Source of the DNA: Candidatus Methanomethylophilaceae archaeon
GTDB lineage: Archaea; Thermoplasmatota; Thermoplasmata; Methanomassiliicoccales; Methanomethylophilaceae
Assembly (NCBI GenBank): GCA_028694055.1
Contig: JAQUUA010000001.1
Coordinates: 1 to 47,072, forward strand
Reading direction: 5' to 3'
DNA: 47,072 bases
Shown here: piece by piece, positions 43,752-47,072 of the stretch
Numbering within the stretch: the first letter of the stretch is position 1
Layout: the number at the start of each line of letters is the position of its first letter
Position numbers and translations under genes: made by a program
Notes under the pieces: generated by a model
Database searches by the model: none
What the model saw: the letters and a program-made list of their open reading frames with translations, nothing else
Told to the model about the DNA's origin: nothing

Positions 43752-43958
43752 TTACCAGCCCAGTTTATCCAGTTCTCGGTCCTTCTTGGTGGTTTTCTTG
43801 AACTCCTTGTAGTGTTGCTTGCACAGCTGGACCTTCTTGATGCTTTCATTCTTCAGAGGCAGACCGGCCTCGATCACCTTCTTGACTGCAATCGAACGTT
43901 CCGACTCGGCTTCGCATCCGTTAACGTCGCAGACTCCCTCGACACTGCTGTTCTCCAT
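43752..43958 (-). CDS. Small Cys- and Lys-rich protein (68 aa), possible zinc-binding nucleic-acid-binding protein
   Basis: CDVNGC...LCKQHYKEFKK suggests a C-x4-C...C-x2-H arrangement, with a basic C-terminal tail. It lies 28 nt upstream of rnz on the same strand. I could not name a family. Confidence 0.45.
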   Translation of the reverse strand: MENSSVEGVCDVNGCEAESERSIAVKKVIEAGLPLKNESIKKVQLCKQHYKEFKKTTKKDRELDKLGW

Positions 43959-44046
43959 GCCAAGGAATCCTACCGGAAGGATATATGACTTTCCAGATGA
44001 GCTATCGGGTAAAAGTAAAAATGGACGATAGACGTTAGAAGCCTAG

Positions 44047-44709
44047 ATGATCAAGGTCTCTCCATCGATGCTGTCGGCTGATTTTGCCCGATTGGGTGCG
44101 GAACTGAAGAAAGTGGAGGATGCCGGTGCAGATTGGGTTCATATCGATGTCATGGATGGCCTTTTCGTACCGAACATAACCATCGGGCAACAAGTGGTGA
44201 AGGCTTTGCGCCCATTATCAAGGCTTCCTTTTGATGTTCATCTGATGATCGTCGAACCCGCTCGGTATGTATCTGGCTTCGCAGAAGCCGGGTCAGATCT
44301 AATCACCATTCATGTGGAGGCCGATGAAAAAGTGGAGGAGACCCTCTCCCTGATTAAGAGTCTGGGGAAGAAGGCCGGCCTCTCCTTGAACCCGGACACT
44401 CCTTTCTCCGTTGTACAGCCTTTCATGCATTCCATAGACCTGTTGCTGGTTATGACGGTCCAGCCTGGTTTCGGAGGCCAATCTTTCCGTGAATATTGTC
44501 TTCCTAAGATCCGACAGGCAAGGGAATTCATAGACACCCATGGCTTGGATGTCGAGATTGCCGTGGACGGTGGGATCAACCGAGAAACCGGCAGAGCTTG
44601 TGTGGATGCGGGGGCCACAGTCCTTGCGGCAGGGAGCTCTCTTTTCGGGCAACAGGACATGGCTAAGGAGATTGCTCTATGGCAATCGTTCCAGCATGGC
44701 AAACATTAA
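44047..44709 (+). CDS. rpe: Ribulose-phosphate 3-epimerase
   Basis: SPSMLSADFARLG, HIDVMDGLFVPN, HLMI and VQPGFGGQSF. Confidence 0.92.
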   Translation: MIKVSPSMLSADFARLGAELKKVEDAGADWVHIDVMDGLFVPNITIGQQVVKALRPLSRLPFDVHLMIVEPARYVSGFAEAGSDLITIHVEADEKVEETLSLIKSLGKKAGLSLNPDTPFSVVQPFMHSIDLLLVMTVQPGFGGQSFREYCLPKIRQAREFIDTHGLDVEIAVDGGINRETGRACVDAGATVLAAGSSLFGQQDMAKEIALWQSFQHGKH

Positions 44710-44739
44710 TCTATCAATTAGGGATTAGAGGCCGATACC

Positions 44740-44925
44740 ATGGGACGACAAGATGACCGGATCGTGCAGATGGTTATGATCATCGCTGTTTCCTTGACTT
44801 TGTTCATAGGCAGCATCCTCTTGGATGCCAGCATTTGCCTCATCATCGCCCTGGCGATGTGGATCTTCCTTGCGGTATTCGTTGGATACGTCATCTTCCA
44901 CCCTCGGGAAAGAGACAAGGTGTGA
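44740..44925 (+). CDS. Small predicted two-TM membrane protein (61 aa)
   Basis: Two hydrophobic helices (IVQMVMIIAVSLTLFIGSILL and LIIALAMWIFLAVFVGYVIF). It fills the gap between rpe and fen almost exactly. There is no other support. Confidence 0.35.
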   Translation: MGRQDDRIVQMVMIIAVSLTLFIGSILLDASICLIIALAMWIFLAVFVGYVIFHPRERDKV

Positions 44926-44931
44926 TGGTTT

Positions 44932-45966
44932 GTGGGAGTAAACATCTCCACCCTCATAGAACCCAAAAACCTGGAGCTTTCTGACCTCCGTTGCAAAGGA
45001 GTGGCCATAGATGCCCATAACGTCATCTATCAATTCTTATCCATTATCCGACAGCCAGACGGCACTCCTTTGAAGGACAGCCGTGGCCGAGTGACCTCTC
45101 ATCTCTCTGGACTCCTGAACCGCTCCGCCAACCTCTTGGAGAATGGGATCTCACCCTGCTATGTCTTCGATGGCAAACCACACACCATGAAGACCGAGAC
45201 CTTGGAGTCCAGGAGAGAACGCCGGGTTCAGGCTTTGGAGGAATGGCGGCAAGCCCGAGAGGAAGGCGATTTGGAAAAGGCGTTCAGCAAGGCCTCTCAG
45301 TCCTCACGTCTTACGGCGGACGTTATCGAATCATCCCGGAACCTCCTCCGATATCTGGGAATACCGGTGGTGGATGCCCCTGGAGAGGGTGAAGCGCAGG
45401 CAGCCTACATGAGTAGCCGCGGTGACATCTATGCTGCTGGTTCCCAGGATTACGACTCCTTGCTCTTCGGGGCCCCGAGGCTGGTCAGGAACATGGCCGT
45501 CACCGGGCGACGAAAAATGCCAGGTGCCAAAGGCCTATATCGGACGGTCAATGTGGAAATGATATTCCTGGATGAGATGTTGGATAACCTGCATATCGAC
45601 CGCTCGCAACTGGTGGACATGTGCATCCTCATAGGCACAGACTTCAACAAGGGCATCGCCGGTGTGGGGCCCAAAAGAGGCCTCAAGCTCATCCGAGAGC
45701 ATGGTGACCTGCCCCAGGCCCTGGAGAGCATTGGGATGTCCATTGAGGGATACCAGGAGATCAGAGACATCTTCCTGAAGAGCGAATACACCCAGGATTA
45801 TGACCTGGCTCTGCGGGCTCCTGATAAGGACAAGGTCAAGGAGCTTCTCTGTGAGGAGCATGACTTCTCTGCTCCAAGAGTGGATTCTGTTTTGGAAAAA
45901 GTAGAGGCCTCCTTGAGGCAACAGGAGGAGCAGAAACGTCAGCTCACCCTGGACCGATGGTTCTGA
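44932..45966 (+). CDS. fen: Flap endonuclease 1
   Basis: GVAIDAHNVIYQFLS, YVFDGKPH, EGEAQAAYM, SQDYDSLLFG, and a C-terminal PIP-box-like QLTLDRWF. GTG start. Confidence 0.92.
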   Translation: MGVNISTLIEPKNLELSDLRCKGVAIDAHNVIYQFLSIIRQPDGTPLKDSRGRVTSHLSGLLNRSANLLENGISPCYVFDGKPHTMKTETLESRRERRVQALEEWRQAREEGDLEKAFSKASQSSRLTADVIESSRNLLRYLGIPVVDAPGEGEAQAAYMSSRGDIYAAGSQDYDSLLFGAPRLVRNMAVTGRRKMPGAKGLYRTVNVEMIFLDEMLDNLHIDRSQLVDMCILIGTDFNKGIAGVGPKRGLKLIREHGDLPQALESIGMSIEGYQEIRDIFLKSEYTQDYDLALRAPDKDKVKELLCEEHDFSAPRVDSVLEKVEASLRQQEEQKRQLTLDRWF

Positions 45967-46046
45967 GCTCGCCATCTTTATATTCCAAGTGAGTCTACCC
46001 AGAGCGGGATCAGGCAAGACAGACCTGACTCGGGAAGGGACGAGCG

Positions 46047-47072
46047 ATGATAAAGCAGGTCCGACCGAATTACGACGCGCACAAGATGGACAAGGAGATC
46101 CAGGAATTCTGGAAATCCACCAAAGCTTACGAAAAGACTAGGGAGCACCGGTCCAAAGGGCCTGACTTCTACTTCCTGGATGGACCCCCTTACACCACCG
46201 GCTCCATCCACCTTGGGACCGCCATGAACAAGACCCTCAAGGATGTCCTGATTCGATATTGGCGCATGAACGGCCTGAATGTCAGGGATCAACCCGGTTT
46301 CGACATGCATGGCCTCCCTATCGAGGTGAAGGTGGAGAAAGAAGTGGGCGTCCGCTCCAAGAAAGAGATCGAGGAGTTCGGAATCGACCGTTTCGTGGAG
46401 ACCTGCAAGAAGTTCGCGTTGGAATTGCATGGCAGCATGACCGAGCAATTCAAAGAGCTAGGGGTATGGATGGATTGGGACAACCCTTACCAAACCCTCA
46501 GGCCATCGTACTTGGAGGCGGCATGGTGGACCATTGCCAAGGCCTATGAGAGAGGGTTGTTGGAATCCGCTAACCGGGTTCTCACCTGGTGCCCTCGTTG
46601 CGAGACCGCTCTGGCGGAGGCCGAGATCGAGTACTGGGACGAGGAGGACCCTTCCATCTTCGTCCGTTTCCCCCTTCGGGACGGCTCAGCATATCTACTG
46701 ATATGGACCACCACACCTTGGACCCTTCCCGCCAATATGGCCGTGGCCGTGCACCCGGACCATAGATATGTAAGGGCCAGCATGAAAAAGGATGGCCAGA
46801 GTGACCAGTACATCGTGATGGAATCCCAGCTGGAATCAGTGGCTGAGATGGGCGGATACACTGACATCCGCGTCATCCAGACCTACACTGGGAAAGAGTT
46901 GGAGGGTTTGTCTTACATCCCTCCATTCGAGATTGCTAATGAATTCATCCAACCTGGCGAATGGACACACAAGGTGGTCTTGGCTGACTATGTGGAGAGC
47001 GAGAACACCGGTCTGGTGCACACTGCTCCAGGCCACGGCCCGGACGACTTCGAGACCGGACGACGTTACGGG
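46047..47072 (+). CDS. ileS: Isoleucyl-tRNA synthetase, N-terminal part (3' end outside the window)
   Basis: This gene is not in the supplied ORF track because it has no stop in the window. My translation from ATG 46047 reads MIKQVRPNYDAHKMDKEIQEFW...FLDGPPYTTGSIHLGTAMNKTLKDV...QPGFDMHGLPIEVKVEK...LTWCPRCETALAEAEIEY. I hand-translated about 46047-46330 and 46440-46690 and found no stop there. The rest of the frame was not translated; it is inferred open only because the track lists no plus-strand ORF in this frame. Confidence 0.85.
   Translation, partial: MIKQVRPNYDAHKMDKEIQEFWKSTKAYEKTREHRSKGPDFYFLDGPPYTTGSIHLGTAMNKTLKDVLIRYWRMNGLNVRDQPGFDMHGLPIEVKVEKEVGVRSKKEIEEFGIDRFVETCKKFALELHGSMTEQFKELGVWMDWDNPYQTLRPSYLEAAWWTIAKAYERGLLESANRVLTWCPRCETALAEAEIEYWDEEDPSIFVRFPLRDGSAYLLIWTTTPWTLPANMAVAVHPDHRYVRASMKKDGQSDQYIVMESQLESVAEMGGYTDIRVIQTYTGKELEGLSYIPPFEIANEFIQPGEWTHKVVLADYVESENTGLVHTAPGHGPDDFETGRRYG

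Noticed and set aside
1-47072. Mobile elements, CRISPR arrays, defence islands, prophage remnants, and recoding events (in-frame TAG/TGA splitting a recognisable gene).
   Set aside because: I saw no transposase, integrase, Cas, restriction-modification or toxin-antitoxin signatures. There are no regularly spaced direct repeats. Every recognisable gene is a single uninterrupted ORF. The window reads as core chromosome. This was a scan by eye, so short or degenerate repeats could have been missed.

Overview
This is a dense archaeal chromosomal segment, GC-rich by eye (not computed). I call about 51 protein genes and one tRNA. I saw no rRNA, CRISPR array, transposase or integrase. Archaeal origin is supported by TBP, an Hjc-like resolvase, FEN-1, Trm1, archaeal-type triosephosphate isomerase, the bifunctional FBP aldolase/phosphatase, archaeal-type AspRS/GluRS/IleS and an MptD-like gene. 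AT-rich TATA-like boxes also sit about 22-28 nt upstream of many start codons, which suggests leaderless mRNAs. The MptD-like and AksA-like genes hint at a Thermoplasmata/Methanomassiliicoccales-like methanogen, but this is an unverified guess. Most of the content is housekeeping: five aaRS genes, purA, pyrDK, nadA, rpe, tpiA/fbp, rnz and fen. The standout is a two-gene nitrogenase-like module at 24161-27605. A complete NifH-type ATPase is fused in one ORF to a NifD/E/BchN-like domain, followed by an overlapping NifK/N/BchB-like gene. It sits between tbp and tRNA-Cys and close to a cysK-cysE-cysS-radical SAM string, inside a wider iron/sulfur-themed neighbourhood (feoB, DtxR-FeoA, two cysteine desulfurases, three radical SAM genes). 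Other items worth follow-up are listed here.
- An operon of three small N-terminally anchored proteins.
- A five-gene wHTH/ABC-2/TIM-barrel/MenA-like cluster with a convergent radical SAM/SPASM gene.
- A secreted LTD-PLD-PKD protein.
- A protease-less LonB-like ATPase.
- A candidate C/D box sRNA.
- All nine convergent gene junctions in the window overlap at their 3' ends.
The isoleucyl-tRNA synthetase gene at the 3' edge (46047 onward) is missing from the supplied ORF track because it has no stop codon inside the window. All functional calls come from motif recognition by eye, with no database search.
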